Positions 37,436-50,109 of a DNA stretch of 63,871 bases are shown piece after piece. How positions within the stretch are numbered: position 1 is the first letter of the stretch; each line of letters begins with the position of its first letter. The stretch lies in NCBI RefSeq assembly GCF_000002075.1, contig NW_004797997.1:193388-257258 (forward strand). The letters run 5' to 3'. Under the pieces are notes generated by a model. That model was given only the letters and a program-made list of their open reading frames with translations, searched no databases and was not told the origin of the DNA. The position numbers and the translations under genes were made by a program. The DNA comes from Aplysia californica. Taxonomy: Eukaryota.

Positions 37436-39179
37436 CTAATAGTTTTCCGTAGTGAAAAATGGTTGCAAGTATGAGTTATCATTGCATATTACGGTGGGTG
37501 AAAGAAACATACAAACAAACTAACAGGCAGTACACAATCAAAGAATCATTTTCAATAACACCAAGAATCGTAAACGAAATGCATTCTTCGCCGTACCTCT
37601 AAAACCTGCGACTTTAACTTATGTTGTCAATAGGGGAACCTACCTTTATAGAAGAACTTAAACTCTGGCAAATTATGCTTTTCTTTTCCACGGGATTTCT
37701 ATGTGTGTTTATAGTACACTGGGAGGTTACAGAAATAGCATTTTCCTTCATCCTCTGTGTGCTTTGTTTTCTGTCCACATCTCTGACAACAGACGGGCTC
37801 TACAAACCCCATTATGAGGGAGAAGCTTTCCTCTGATCCATTTCAACAGTACAACTATGAATTTGTCCAGCTCATGCTGGTTCCAACCACTACAACACAA
37901 AATCAGTACATCAAAATATATTGATAGAGGTCGCAAAGATGTTGTCGATATAATCTTTTAAAAGCCCGTGACACATCTTTTACTTGAAAAAAGGAGAGGG
38001 GGCGGGGAGGGGGGGGGGAGAGTACAATTTCTAAAGGAACTAATCTTTCAGCATTAATTTTGAGGATGCAACTGTAAGACTTTCAAGCGTCTGTTACAGT
38101 TGAGGATTGGGACACGTCTAGTCTATGAAACAAATTTTAATGAGAACTGCAAAATCTTTCCCATTATATTAAAAGAAAGAAATGTCAGAAAGCATATGAA
38201 AAGAATCAAGTAAAATAAGAGAAGAAGAAGAATATATCAAATGCAAAATCACCCCTTATTAATAAAAGCCGTTCACACTGACAATAATAACAGTACACAA
38301 TTTGAAACGGATGACATTTCTCGTTGCAGATAAATATGTATTTGATGGGTAACTTCATAAAAACAGAAATGGTGACAATCTGTGTAATATGTAAACTTGT
38401 CATTGTTTTTCAGTGCATCTTTGAGAGTCCAAAAGAAAAGCACTTTATTTGAATTTTGCCTGAGATGGTAAGTATCAAAATGACTCATATCAGTCTACAA
38501 ACTTCCATCTCCTACAGAAATTAACCAACAATAAATGTAGAACAAATGTGAGGCAGCGTGGTGGAATCAGGCTCTCGTCTAGAGTGACAATCAATGTAAA
38601 AAAGACATGAAACCTGATGGCACCTAAAAGTTATACATATATAAATAATTGTCACGTCTTCGTGTATACTGAATCAATAGCTTAAAAAAGAAAAGTGAAA
38701 AAAAAAAAGAAAAAAAAGAAGAAAATCATAAAAAGCACGTGGTTGAATTGCAGGGTTGATGACCTAAAATAAGAGTATGAAGCTGTGACGTATAAGTTAT
38801 TTAAAAAATGAAAGGAACTGCAAAGTATGGAGAGTACTGAAACAAAAAAATGTGGTGTCAAAATAAAAGCATGCACACGTTGTGAATCCTTGTCTGGCTT
38901 TTCAGCTGTGCTGTGGAAGCATTAAGTGGTGTTGTTTAACGTTAGAGGTTGGCGAGTTGTGTCAGTTGTCCTGTCATTCTGTGCATAGGGAGCGGCGTGT
39001 GAGGGGGGGGGNNNNNNNNNNNNNNNNNNNNNNNNNNNNNNNNNNNNNNNNNNNNNNNNNNNNNNNNNNNNNNNNNNNNNNNNNNNNNNNNNNNNNNNNN
39101 NNNNNNNNNNNGCTCCTCCTTGGTCAGGAAGTCCAGGTTCACGTCTGTTGTTGCCTGCACAGATACAAAAGAAACCAAT

Positions 39180-39555
39180 GTTTTGTTTTAGTAAGGTTAT
39201 ACGGAGCTCGCAACTGCATAAGATCATAGGAGCGTCAAGGGGTGGATGTCAACAGAGAAGTCCTCACAGGGAATCAGACTTGCTCCGCTCACCTCTCTAG
39301 CCTCAGCAGCACAAAGACCGCTTCGACTATCAAGGCACCCCGGAAATAGTGGGTCAAAAGGGCGTGACAAACACACAAAAGAAGTAGAGGAAAATGACGA
39401 TAGCGAGGATTAGGAAAGAAAAAGCAGCAGTTCCCTGTTGTAGTTCAGGCACAATTATGAGCATGACAATGTTAATTCAGCCCATTTACAATTCTACTGT
39501 GCACTAGAACGAGAAATGTCCTCCCTTTGGGAATGGCCTAAAGACACTTCAGTCA
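39180..39555 (-). mobile_element. Second copy of the unclassified 375-bp repeat
   Basis: Matches 21146-21522. Absent from the paralogous segment near 44560. Confidence 0.75.
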
Positions 39556-40540
39556 GTGGCACCGCCGGGGGGGTGATTCACACATGGCTTACTTATCTGC
39601 GACTAGATGTTTAAACAAAGTCAGAGGGGAGAATAAGGTGCATATTATATCAACAAGTTAAGTTGCTTATTTGTTACTGCTGTCATTTGTCAACACTCCG
39701 TATAAGCAATTAAGGGAGGTAGGATAGCATAGCCTATCTAATAAAAGTTAAAAACAAGAACTGTTCACTGAATATCTCAAGGGAATATTATGTTAGTGCA
39801 GTGATTTGCCAAACACCCGATGTAAAGACTAACAGATGGTGAGTCCTCGGCATTAGGAGGTTTCAACTCTAAGAAACACAACTTTCAAAATGAGTGTATT
39901 CATTTTTGTAGTAAAAGATATCTATTCATTTGAATGGCTCGCTCATATGACCATTATGAAGCCGCAAATGCAGTAAAACTCTTACTTAATTCATTTGAAT
40001 GAAGAACCAAAACAGACAGGTAGTTGCAGGGCCTATACATGTATAATATGTTTATAGGCCTATAAAATAGCGGCGAAATAGAAAAAAGTACCTGCATCTA
40101 CTTATGACCCCTTTGTTCCATTCAACCACAACCGAATAAGCAGGTGTCTCCAAAACACCGCATTTAAACAACAAGCCACCATAATCATAATATTATTTTA
40201 CTTTCTGCATTGCTATCAGGTATAATTTCCAGACTGTTTAAGTGATGGTTAAACTGGGGAGTAGGTTATTCACCAGAATCATTTCTGTGTTTGAGTAGTG
40301 CTTGATAAGACCAAATTTACTACTTCAAAGGTGAAAAGCAGGGTTGAAGTTTTACAAAGATTAAGACATCATGAATCGTGTTTCTCAGCACCAGAGGTCT
40401 GTAATAATTGTCACGTGTGATGATCCAAGAAATGAATTATATACGGGGAGATATTTTCTTCAGAAAACTTCAAACAGAAAGCACAGTGTATTGTGTCAAA
40501 AAGCAAAGCAAGTGTTTCAACAGTAGCAACAATGTTTAAC

Positions 40541-40600
40541 TTTTGCGTGTTGTTGCCACGGGCAACGTAGTTGTTTTCACAGGAGCAGACGAGGTGGTAT
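40541..40600 (-). CDS. 60-nt linker mini-exon (TTSSAPVKTTTLPVATTRK)
   Basis: Phase 1 to 1, tttatag acceptor, donor GTTAAA. Paralogous to 40967 and 45311. Confidence 0.65.
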
Positions 40601-40966
40601 CTATAAATGATGATATTGAAGAAATAATTGTTGGGAGCTACACGATCGGATGGAAATTATATACGCGAAGATAATGTTATAATCACATCTCGTACTATTG
40701 CGTTTTAAAAATCCACATTTATAATTTTTTAAAAAGATATACAAAATGGTTTTATCATGCAGTTGCGAGCGCCTTAAGACTCTTACAAAACTAAACAGTT
40801 AGGATCATTTTATGCTATTGAGTGGAAGTTGTGCCGTATTATAATAAACTTTTACTTTCTTTATTTTGCAGAAACCTTTACAAAGAGAGGAAAAAAACGA
40901 AGGCACTGCGTGTTGTGTCACAAAAGCAAAGCAGGTGTTTCAAAAGTAGCAATAATTTTTGTTAAC

Positions 40967-41026
40967 CTTCACGTGTTGGTTCCGCTGGCAACGTTGTTGT
41001 TTTCACAGGAGCAGGTCTGGTGGTAT
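40967..41026 (-). CDS. 60-nt linker mini-exon (DTTRPAPVKTTTLPAEPTRE)
   Basis: Phase 1 to 1, donor GTTAAC. Confidence 0.68.
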
Positions 41027-42456
41027 CTATAAATAATAATATTTCAGAAATAACTGTTGGGGAGCTATATGTCCAAACGTACACATGTTTTTCCTTTCGG
41101 CTAATTAACATTTTCATATTTTTATTTTTAACTGAAAGGTTCTTTGCAGCTCTTGAGAAGTAGGCTACCCATTGCTGAAGTGACAAACATAGAATGCTCT
41201 TCAGCACCTTTGAAAGTACTCTTTTAAAATGTATCATACTCCAGCTTATATTATCATAAATATGCAGAACGACATTTACAATTGTTTACCATATAAAGCT
41301 TCACAGTTGTACCAAAAAAATGAAATGGCTCCCACCTATTCTGCTAACAAGGCCTTATAAACTACAGAAGCGTTTTGGCAATCATACCATTAACAACAAG
41401 TATATATATAAACTCTTTTCTCTTTACAATTACCACGTTTTTCTGTCTTAGGAATGTGGCACATTTCTGCATTGTTTAGTAAAAGAAAATAACATTTTGA
41501 CAAACATTTTATGTTGAAACATTAAAACCCACTCCTGTCAGCAAGTACGGTATGTCTGGGTTAAAATCTAAAAGAGCATGCTTTATTAAGAGATCTGACG
41601 TTGTCCTCCCATTGCCACCATTATAACAGAATTTACTTCTTGCGGGAAAATCAATATTTTTTTCTTTTGTATTCACAATACCTAATGTGGCACGTCAAGG
41701 ACACTTTGATGACTAGAATGGTTGTGAATTATTTTAAGTTTAAGAAATATTCAAATGTCCAATTATGTTATTATCCCTGTGGCCTTTTCCATTACACGCT
41801 TTTTTGGCGCCACATTTGTAGGTTACGTAAAAATGTATTGACATGGTGCAAATTGTTATGTTTTCTAGAAAAACGAAACAAGAAAAACGGNNNNNNNNNN
41901 NNNNNNNNNNNNNNNNNNNNNNNNNNNNNNNNNNNNNNNNNNNNNNNNNNNNNNNNNNNNNNNNNNNNNNNNNNNNNNNNNNNNNNNNNNNNNNNNNNNN
42001 NNNNNNNNNNNNNNNNNNNNNNNNNNGGTGATCATGATGATGATTATTTATGGTGACGATGATGATGCTCTGATTTTGGAAATAATGTGCACATTAGTCT
42101 TAGTGTTAAGTGTGTTTCATTTTTGGTTTGTTTGGCGCTTTCTCTAGATCCCCGCCCTGCTCTCCAGGGGGGCAGAACACAACCCTCCTTCCCAACTCCT
42201 CACAAAGAGTGACAAAACATTTGGAAATAATTCTTCATCCCTAGCATTTAATAAATTATGCCGAAAAATCACAATGGGGGCCGCTTCTAAGTGATGATAT
42301 TGCTCGTGTGCTTGTTACCCTATGTCTATGCTATCATAATTTTCAAAACAGTGAAAGGAGTGTAGCAATTAACCTTAGTAATATTTATTTGCATTACAAG
42401 CTAGAATATTACCTATCGCGTTTTTACCGTCAGTGGAGATCGTGGAAACATTGTTA

Positions 42457-42692
42457 CCTTAGAATTACAAAGTTCTATCTGACATTTTTTACCGTTCTGA
42501 GTTACGACCATGATGTCAGAAACCAAATTGTTCTATCCGCTCTATCAAAATCGTAAGAGTATTCAGAGTCGTCATCAGGATGTTCAAGGAATTACATTAG
42601 AAAAAAGATTGACATATTGTGAAACTCAAAATTTTTAACTTCAAATTTCTCCAAACTGGTTACTTAGCAGATAAAACTTTGTAATTCTAGGG
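42457..42692. mobile_element. 236-bp MITE with ~25-bp TIRs and TA target duplication (Tc1/mariner-type)
   Basis: TA|ccttagaattacaaagttctatctg ... cagataaaactttgtaattctaggg|TA. Confidence 0.75.
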
Positions 42693-42827
42693 TAGCGACA
42701 TGTCAAAATTAAACATTTATTTTCTGTCCTTGTAAGTCCTGGTCATAGAAGCAGTTGCAGTTACTGGTCTTGTGGGGGTAAATTCTGAGAGACAAGTTAA
42801 AAAGAAGAGTAAGGCATGTTTAACAAC

Positions 42828-42893
42828 CTTCGGGCACTGGCTTCTCGGCCTCTGTAGTAACGACAACTTTTGCAGGCGCAGGTGGTGTAGTTC
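42828..42893 (-). CDS. 66-nt linker mini-exon (GTTPPAPAKVVVTTEAEKPVPE)
   Basis: Phase 1 to 1, tctttag acceptor, donor GTTGTT. Paralogous to 46362. Confidence 0.62.
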
Positions 42894-45310
42894 CTAAAGA
42901 CAGAGTTTTTATATTTCCAATATTGTATATGAACATAAAGAAGGTAAACATTAAAAAAATATATGACTGTGACACCTGCAATGATTACTATTCTCTAACC
43001 AAGTAACCAAGTAAGCAACCAAGTCTAACTCAGCAAAAGAGTAGAGGATGATTACATCTTTCTAAAACATTTGTGGGGACTGGAATTCTGGAAAACATTT
43101 ACTTATATAGTTTGAATAGATTACCTGGCTGTAACTATTAACAGTATTTTACAGTATTCCATACTACTGTTAAAAGAAATGCCCTGAACCCAGTAGAAAA
43201 AAAGAAAGAAAAAATCTATTGGTCAAAGTACTTTCTAAGAATATGACGGCCAGGATATTATATTTTCTACTTTCTTAAATTAAATATTCAAAGGAGGTTT
43301 CCATTGTGGGCTTAAGCTAAGACAAAAATTATGTTTCCCACTTACATTAGGAGGATCAAACAAACATTAGAAATCCTTTCACTAGTTTACGATCCAAAAT
43401 TACTAAGTAATTGCAATACTGATGTGTTAATTGAAAAACCTGACCACAATGTGTTTAACGTTACACTGATAATCTGAATGTATGGTGATTCAGCAATTCA
43501 TTCAACATTTGAACACACTTAGTCTTGTTTCTTTTCCTCAATGATAAACAACAATTTGTGAAAGATACAGATAGGTGCGGGGGGAGATTGTGACATACAG
43601 AGCTCCTCATAGATGGCCACAANNNNNNNNNNNNNNNNNNNNNNNNNNNNNNNNNNNNNNNNNNNNNNNNNNNNNNNNNNNNNNNNNNNNNNNNNNNNNN
43701 NNNNNNNNNNNNNNNNNNNNNNNNNNNNNNNNNNNNNNNNNNNNNNNNNNNNNNNNNNNNNNNNNNNNNNNNNNNNNNNNNNNNNNNNNNNNNNNNNNNN
43801 NNNNNNNNNNNNNNNNNNNNNNNNNNNNNNNNNNNNNNNNNNNNNNNNNNNNNNNNNNNNNNCACTGCATTATCATGACTGCCGAGCTATAGTGACTGAT
43901 ATAAAAAAGACAAAATTATAATGTTGTTGGCCCTAGGAGGTTGAAAAAGCTTTGGATGCCAAGGACCTTTAAAACACAAATTACTTCAATTCAATGACGT
44001 TCTCATTCTTCCACTTCCCTAAAACTGCAACACGTACAAAGCATACACAAAAGTCATATAAACATGTAATTGAATCAAATCGTAAAAGGCATATTGGTCG
44101 AATAGCTGGTTTGATGTCTTAAAAACAACAATTATTATGAAGCTGCAACTGATAGCTGCTAAAATAAAATGAAAGGAGCTGCAACGTGTGGACAGTACTG
44201 AAATAACAAAATGTTCCCCCCCAACACCCCCCCCNNNNNNNNNNNNNNNNNNNNNNNNNNNNNNNNNNNNNNNNNNNNNNNNNNNNNNNNNNNNNNNNNN
44301 NNNNNNNNNNNNNNNNNNNNNNNNNNNNNNNNNNNNNNNNNNNNNNNNNNNNNNNNNNNNNNNNNNNNNNNCGAACAACCCACAAACCCAAAAGCAACAA
44401 GAAAAAAATCTCAACGCGTGCACAAATTTTATATCCTGGTGTAGCTTTTCAGCTGTGCTGTAGAAGCATTAAGTGGTGCTGTTCAACGTTATAGGTTGAC
44501 GAGGAGTGTCAGTTGTCCTGTCATTCTGTGCAGAGGGAGTGGCGTGTGGAGGGATTAGGAAATAGTTTACTTATCCAGTAATAAAGGTTTAAATCAGACA
44601 AAGTCAGTGCCGAGGATCAGGTGCATATTGTTATGTCAGAAAATGAGTTCTAAAAGTTGCTCTATATCTTAAAATTCAGGAGTAGTAATTTGTTACTGTT
44701 GTGATATGGTCAACACTCTTTGTAAGCACTAAAGGGAAGTAAGATAGCATATCTAATGAATGTTTGTGGTTTACTGTACACACCAGAAAGATTTGTTAGT
44801 GCAGTGATTTGTCAAATGTAAAAACTAACAGATAGTTAATCCTCAACATTAGAAGGTCCCAACTCAAAGAAACCCTTTCAAAATAAGTGTAATGGCCTTC
44901 TTATCTTTATATGAGAAGCAACCTAACTATTCATTTGAACAAACGACTGTAGAAGATAGCCAGGTTTATAATATAATAAGTAATAGCTGTTGATTGATTG
45001 ATTGAGTAGGTGTTTTACGGCACTATCGACTCAAGTAATAGCTGTGAAATAGCAAAAGTACCGGCATGCACTCATGAACTCTTTGTTTTATTCACCCAAA
45101 GATAAAAAAGCATGTGTCTCCAAAAATTGCTTTAAGACAACAATAGTAATAACAAAAATAATAATTCTTTTTTTCTGCATTACTATCAGCAATGGAGGTC
45201 TGCAAATGTCACTAAGTGAATTATGTACGGGATGATATTTTCTTCAAACAAAAAGCAGAGTGTTTGTATTACAAAGCGAAGCGAGTGTTTCAATATTAAT
45301 AACGTTTAAC

Positions 45311-45370
45311 CTTTACGTGTTGTTGCCACTGGCAACATAGTTGTTTTCACAGGAGCAAATGTTGTGGTAT
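45311..45370 (-). CDS. 60-nt linker mini-exon (DTTTFAPVKTTMLPVATTRK)
   Basis: Phase 1 to 1, donor GTTAAA. Confidence 0.65.
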
Positions 45371-46361
45371 CTATAAATAACGTACATGGAATTGAAGAAA
45401 TAACTATAGGGAACTGCCCATTCAAATTTACAATAGTTTTTAAACACCAATCAACATTTCTATCTTCTTGTTTTTAACTGAAATATATTACGATTACAGC
45501 TTACTAAAAGTAGGCTACCCATTTACTATCACAGCCCTTGAAAAGTTGTCTACCCATTGATGGAGTAGCATACATAGAATGTTTGTCGGTACATTCGAAA
45601 GTACTCTTTTTAAATATTATATCGTGCTGCAGTTAAGATCATAATAAGTATCTAAAGACATTTACCCCTGTTTACCATATTATATTACACAGGAGAACCA
45701 ATAACATGAAATGTCGTTCTCCTTTTTTACTGGCAAGGCCTCATACACTTTATCATTTTTGCCATTATAATACGAGATACAAAAAATAAACTCTTTTCTT
45801 GTTACGATTACCAAACTTTCCTGTCTTACGAATGTGGCCCATTTCAGCATTTAAAAAAAATTTGCAAGAACACTTTGACACATATAGTTATGCTGAAAAT
45901 GTGAAAACTTAGCTCTGGCTGCAAGTAGTTATATCATCATATTTTATTATCTGCCACAGCATGCTCCTCAGAGAAACATAACTGCCAACATTTAATAGAA
46001 TTTACTTCTTCTTGCAGAAAGGTCAATCGTTTCATTTCAAATCCACAATACGATACTGGGCTCATGAAAAGAACAGTCAGGGAAACTATGTTGACCAGAG
46101 AAGTAGAAAAATATTCCAGGAAATATTCAAATGTCCAACAATATATCATTGTCACTGTATTTTGTTTTTAATTACTTCGCAGACTAGAGTATCTATAGCG
46201 GTAATACCGTCAGTGGAGATTATTGACAGCCTACCTATCAAGTAGAAAGTTTATCATTTGTTCGTTATAAGTTCTGCTTAAAGGAGCATTAACAATCACT
46301 GGTCTTGTTGGGGTAAATTCTGCGAGACAAGTTAAAAAGCAGAGTAAGTAATTTTTAACAC

Positions 46362-46427
46362 CTTCGGGCACTGTCTTCTTGGCCTCTGTAGTAACGACAA
46401 TTTCTTCAGGGGCAGGTGGTGTAGTTC
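46362..46427 (-). CDS. 66-nt linker mini-exon (GTTPPAPEEIVVTTEAKKTVPE)
   Basis: Phase 1 to 1, donor GTGTTA. Confidence 0.62.
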
Positions 46428-46961
46428 CTAAAGACATAACACATATTCTAATTTTGTCTTTGAACATTAACACAAGTTCAAAACAATTACACTTTTACAA
46501 ACAATATGGTTCCTGCATCACATCTACAACAAAAGTATGGAAGGCTTCCAGTCCCTCAGTCTGACTCAGCAAATGAGTAGAAAATCAATACAAATTTCAT
46601 AAATATTTGTCTGGCCAATAAATCTGGAATGTGATTATTTGAATTATTATTGTTTGAACGAATCTGGATACAACCATTGAAACTCCTTTACAGTAGATAT
46701 GTTCTGTGTAACAATGTTACCAGTAATAACCTGCAAGCAGCAAAAAGAGAAAAAATCCACCGAACAATAAAAGTACTTTCTAAAAGAATGATAAACAGAG
46801 TTCTCTACTTTCTTGAATCTCAAATTCAGAATAGGATATTATTCTAAGCTTTATCAAATAAAGTGCTTGAGAGTTAATCTTTTTTCCAGTCACATTAGTA
46901 GAATTAAACGAAAACTACAAATTGTTTACAGGGACATGGGCACAGCAAAAAAAATGGGAGA

Positions 46962-46964
<3 letters not shown>

Positions 46965-47039
<75 letters not shown>

Positions 47040-47040
47040 A
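46965..47040. repeat. (AG)n microsatellite
   Basis: Direct observation. Confidence 0.95.
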
Positions 47041-47305
47041 GACGGGGGGGGGGAGGACGTGTATATACTTGACGTTGCAAATTGCATATTATTATTATTT
47101 TTTGTTTTAACAAACACGATAGAAGAAAAGAAATTACCTGACAAAAGCAAGACTAATTATGTACGTCATAAATTATAAATGTTATGTGAAAAAAAGATGA
47201 TCTTTCAAATTCCTTTGGTCATTGGAGTGTCGGTTGAGGCTGCAAGTGCTACTTGTAAGTTGTGTACAAAGCAAAGTTAGTGCGAACAGAGCAAAATAAA
47301 AAAAC

Positions 47306-47365
47306 CTTCAGACGTTGTTCCCACAGGAATCGCAGAAGTTTCCTTCGCTGCAGTGGTGGTAGGAC
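47306..47365 (-). CDS. 60-nt linker mini-exon (SPTTTAAKETSAIPVGTTSE)
   Basis: Phase 1 to 1, TAG acceptor, weak donor GTTTTT. Confidence 0.5.
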
Positions 47366-48805
47366 CTATAACCATTTCAGATGGCAATTTTTATCGACGG
47401 GCAAGGAAGACATTGTATTTAAAGGAAACACAGACAAAGCAGTCCCACAGATGGTTCCAGGAACTTCAGAGGCTCCAATATTGATAAAATGGAATCTATG
47501 AAACCAACATTAATCACATTGAACATATAAATACTGATTTACCGTACAGACAAAACTACACAAGACGCAAAAGTAACGACATTAGACTGTAAAAGGAGCA
47601 GACAAAGTAATGAATGACATCATATTATTATTTAGTACAACCATGATTTTAAGAAGAGGCAAAAGTCAAATACTGACTAGTAAGTAAATGATTAAGCCAA
47701 ATTTCACAGTTTGCGAAAAAAAGGCCTTTAAAGAGGTTTCAGGAGTCTATCGAAATACCAGAAGAGAACATATTCAGCTTTATCCTGGTACAAATGTACA
47801 TGGCGGATCAATAAAAGTACAAAAGCAAATAGCTCCCAAGCATTTTCAAATGATTACACTCCTGTTATGCGATTCTCCTTAAAATATAATATGTCAATAA
47901 AAACAGTTGAATAGTAATTGTAAATTAAACATCAAACAATCCTCACAAAACTGTNNNNNNNNNNNNNNNNNNNNNNNNNNNNNNNNNNNNNNNNNNNNNN
48001 NNNNNNNNNNNNNNNNNNNNNNNNNNNNNNNNNNNNNNNNNNNNNNNNNNNNNNNNNNNNNNNNNNNNNNNNNNNNNNNNNNNNNNNNNNNNNNNNNNNN
48101 NNNNNNNNNNNNNNNNNNNNNNNNNNNNNNNNNNNNNNNNNNNNNNNNNNNNNNNNNNNNNNNNNNNNNNNNNNNNNNNNCACAGACGGCACTAGAAATC
48201 AATTAATTAAGCCAATGAAAAATATTCATTTATCAAACATAATATAGGAGCTTAAATGAATGAAGGAGAATAGGCCCACATCAAAATTGCAAAATGTCGT
48301 ATTTTTACAAGGACTCTACAAGTAGATCAGTTACGTCATACATTATTTTTAACAAACTGCAAGGCAGCGTATAACTGGAAATGAAATATAGATCAAAACT
48401 ATCACAACGTTTTCTGGGATCAAACATGTTTGTCACATCTTTGTCTAAAACTTTAAAAAATAATAATGTTATGTGACAATTCAAATCAGCCTCAATTATC
48501 CGCTAAAAAAATTGGTACAACCTGAGGAAGAATGCAGCAAGCAAAAGCAGATAGAAATGGCACTGGAAGCCAATCTGTAAAAAATGAAAGACTACAACTC
48601 ATTGTGAACAACAATAGAGCCCGAATCAGTGCCTATGATTCAGGAACCAGACAATTCCCTTGAGTTCTGTACTGCGAGGTCTTTTTGAAAAATTTCAATG
48701 AACTTTAATATTATTTGATACAAAGGACATGCCACAGGTTTTTATTTAAAAAAATATTCATTGAACACAAAAATAGGTCATATAACATAAAAAGGATGTA
48801 CTTAC

Positions 48806-48832
48806 TTTTGGGGGTAGGCATCGTGAATTCCT
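48806..48832 (-). CDS. 27-nt micro-exon (KEFTMPTPK)
   Basis: ttttcag acceptor, GTAAGT donor, phase 1 to 1. Confidence 0.75.
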
Positions 48833-49010
48833 CTGAAAATAAAACAAAAATGGCAACTTTAAAAGAACTGTATTTTCAATTTAAAGTATCTCTAAGCTGA
48901 CAAACAAGAGTCATAGTCATAACTTTCAAAATGCCTGAGAAGTAAACGTTTTGGTATAAAGCTCCACACCATAACAAAAACAAAGAGTAATTCAAAGAGT
49001 ATTCCCATTT

Positions 49011-49452
49011 GTGAGGCAGCGCGGTGGAATCAGGCTCTCGTCAATTTTTGGGCATTTAGAGTTGTTGGTATCTTCTTAAAGCTTGTTCATTTGTCTTTAT
49101 TTGGATATTTGGATGAAAAAAGTATTCATTTATCTTGAATACAAGTCGAGATATTTGTGAATGAAGGAGGTGGGGGTCACCTGTTTTCAGAGGTAAAATT
49201 AGTGAGAAAATGGCCTTCAAAGATTAGTTATTTCCTTAGCTTAACAGTCCATGGTAACTGAAAATTTACATTTTTAAAACTTTAATCTATGTTTTTATGA
49301 AAAATCCACACAGAAATGTGTTCGTTAATGGGCATGAAAGGTGTTGAGTCAAAAAGCAAAAATTTGATAAAAATTCACAAGCATGCGGAAAAATGTAGGT
49401 TTCTTCTCTTTGATTATTTTGACGAGAGCCTGATTCCACTGCGCTGCCTCAC
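49011..49452. mobile_element. 442-bp MITE with 34-bp TIRs and 4-bp ATTT target duplication (Sola1-like)
   Basis: ATTT|gtgaggcagcgcggtggaatcaggctctcgtcaa ... ttgacgagagcctgattccactgcgctgcctcac|ATTT. Confidence 0.85.
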
Positions 49453-49618
49453 ATTTGTAAAGCTGTAAGTAGCTTACGTAAAAAAAAAGAGTGAAAACTT
49501 CAAACGACTGTTATAGCCTACATTAAATTAACAGAAGTTGAACCAACAGAAGACGAAGTCAGTCGATCATGACTGTTAAAACTAAGATTGGATACGTTTT
49601 TTTAAGAAAAGCCCTTAC

Positions 49619-49834
49619 TAGGACAGGCTGATGCGTAGATGAGGTCATCCACAGTCTGCAGCTCATCAAAATTTGCGACCTTGAAGCTGTTGTCCCTGGC
49701 TGGTGGGGATGCAATGCCGTCCAGCTCCCTCGTGTCGGTCAAGCCAACGCCAATGGTGTAGATATGAATGCCTTCATCCTGAGCCATCAGGGCCTCGGGG
49801 ACTGTGTTGCGAGCGTCAATAGTAGACACACCAT
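49619..49834 (-). CDS. VWA-e exon 3 (DGVSTIDARNTVPEA...IYASACP)
   Basis: 216 nt, phase 1 to 1. Confidence 0.92.
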
Positions 49835-50109
49835 CTGGGGAAAAAGAAATGTGAATCAATTAATTAGCTATCTACCTGATCATGGCGAAACTTGGACTTT
49901 CTTGTGTAATCTATGGTCTCGGCTTCCCAAAGGCATTGGAAGACTACAAAGACAATTGAAAAAAGATAAAACAGTTCTGTTCGGCATACGAAGAACGAAG
50001 AGCATAAAATAGTTAGCATTAATTACCATAAGTAAAAATAGAGCATAAAAATCTGCATTAACTGCCATAAGAAGAAAGTGTAGTATAAAAACTAGTTTGC
50101 GTTAATTAC

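Larger units (their letters stand above)
38700..46850. repeat. Old diverged tandem segmental duplication (about 38700-43290 vs 44080-46850) carrying linker mini-exons
   Basis: Collinear similarity of intron and exon blocks, e.g. 38890-39000/44435-44550, 39590-40210/44570-45190, 42760-43280/46295-46830. Confidence 0.8.

Noticed and set aside
44430-44552. Thr-containing reading frame shared with 38885-39010 as a linker exon
   Set aside because: In-frame TAA in both copies and no conserved AG/GT pair. Explained by the segmental duplication.
47200-47252. Additional linker exon (VALAASTDTPMTK)
   Set aside because: No GT or GC donor at the in-phase position (G|GAATTT). At most a decayed exon.
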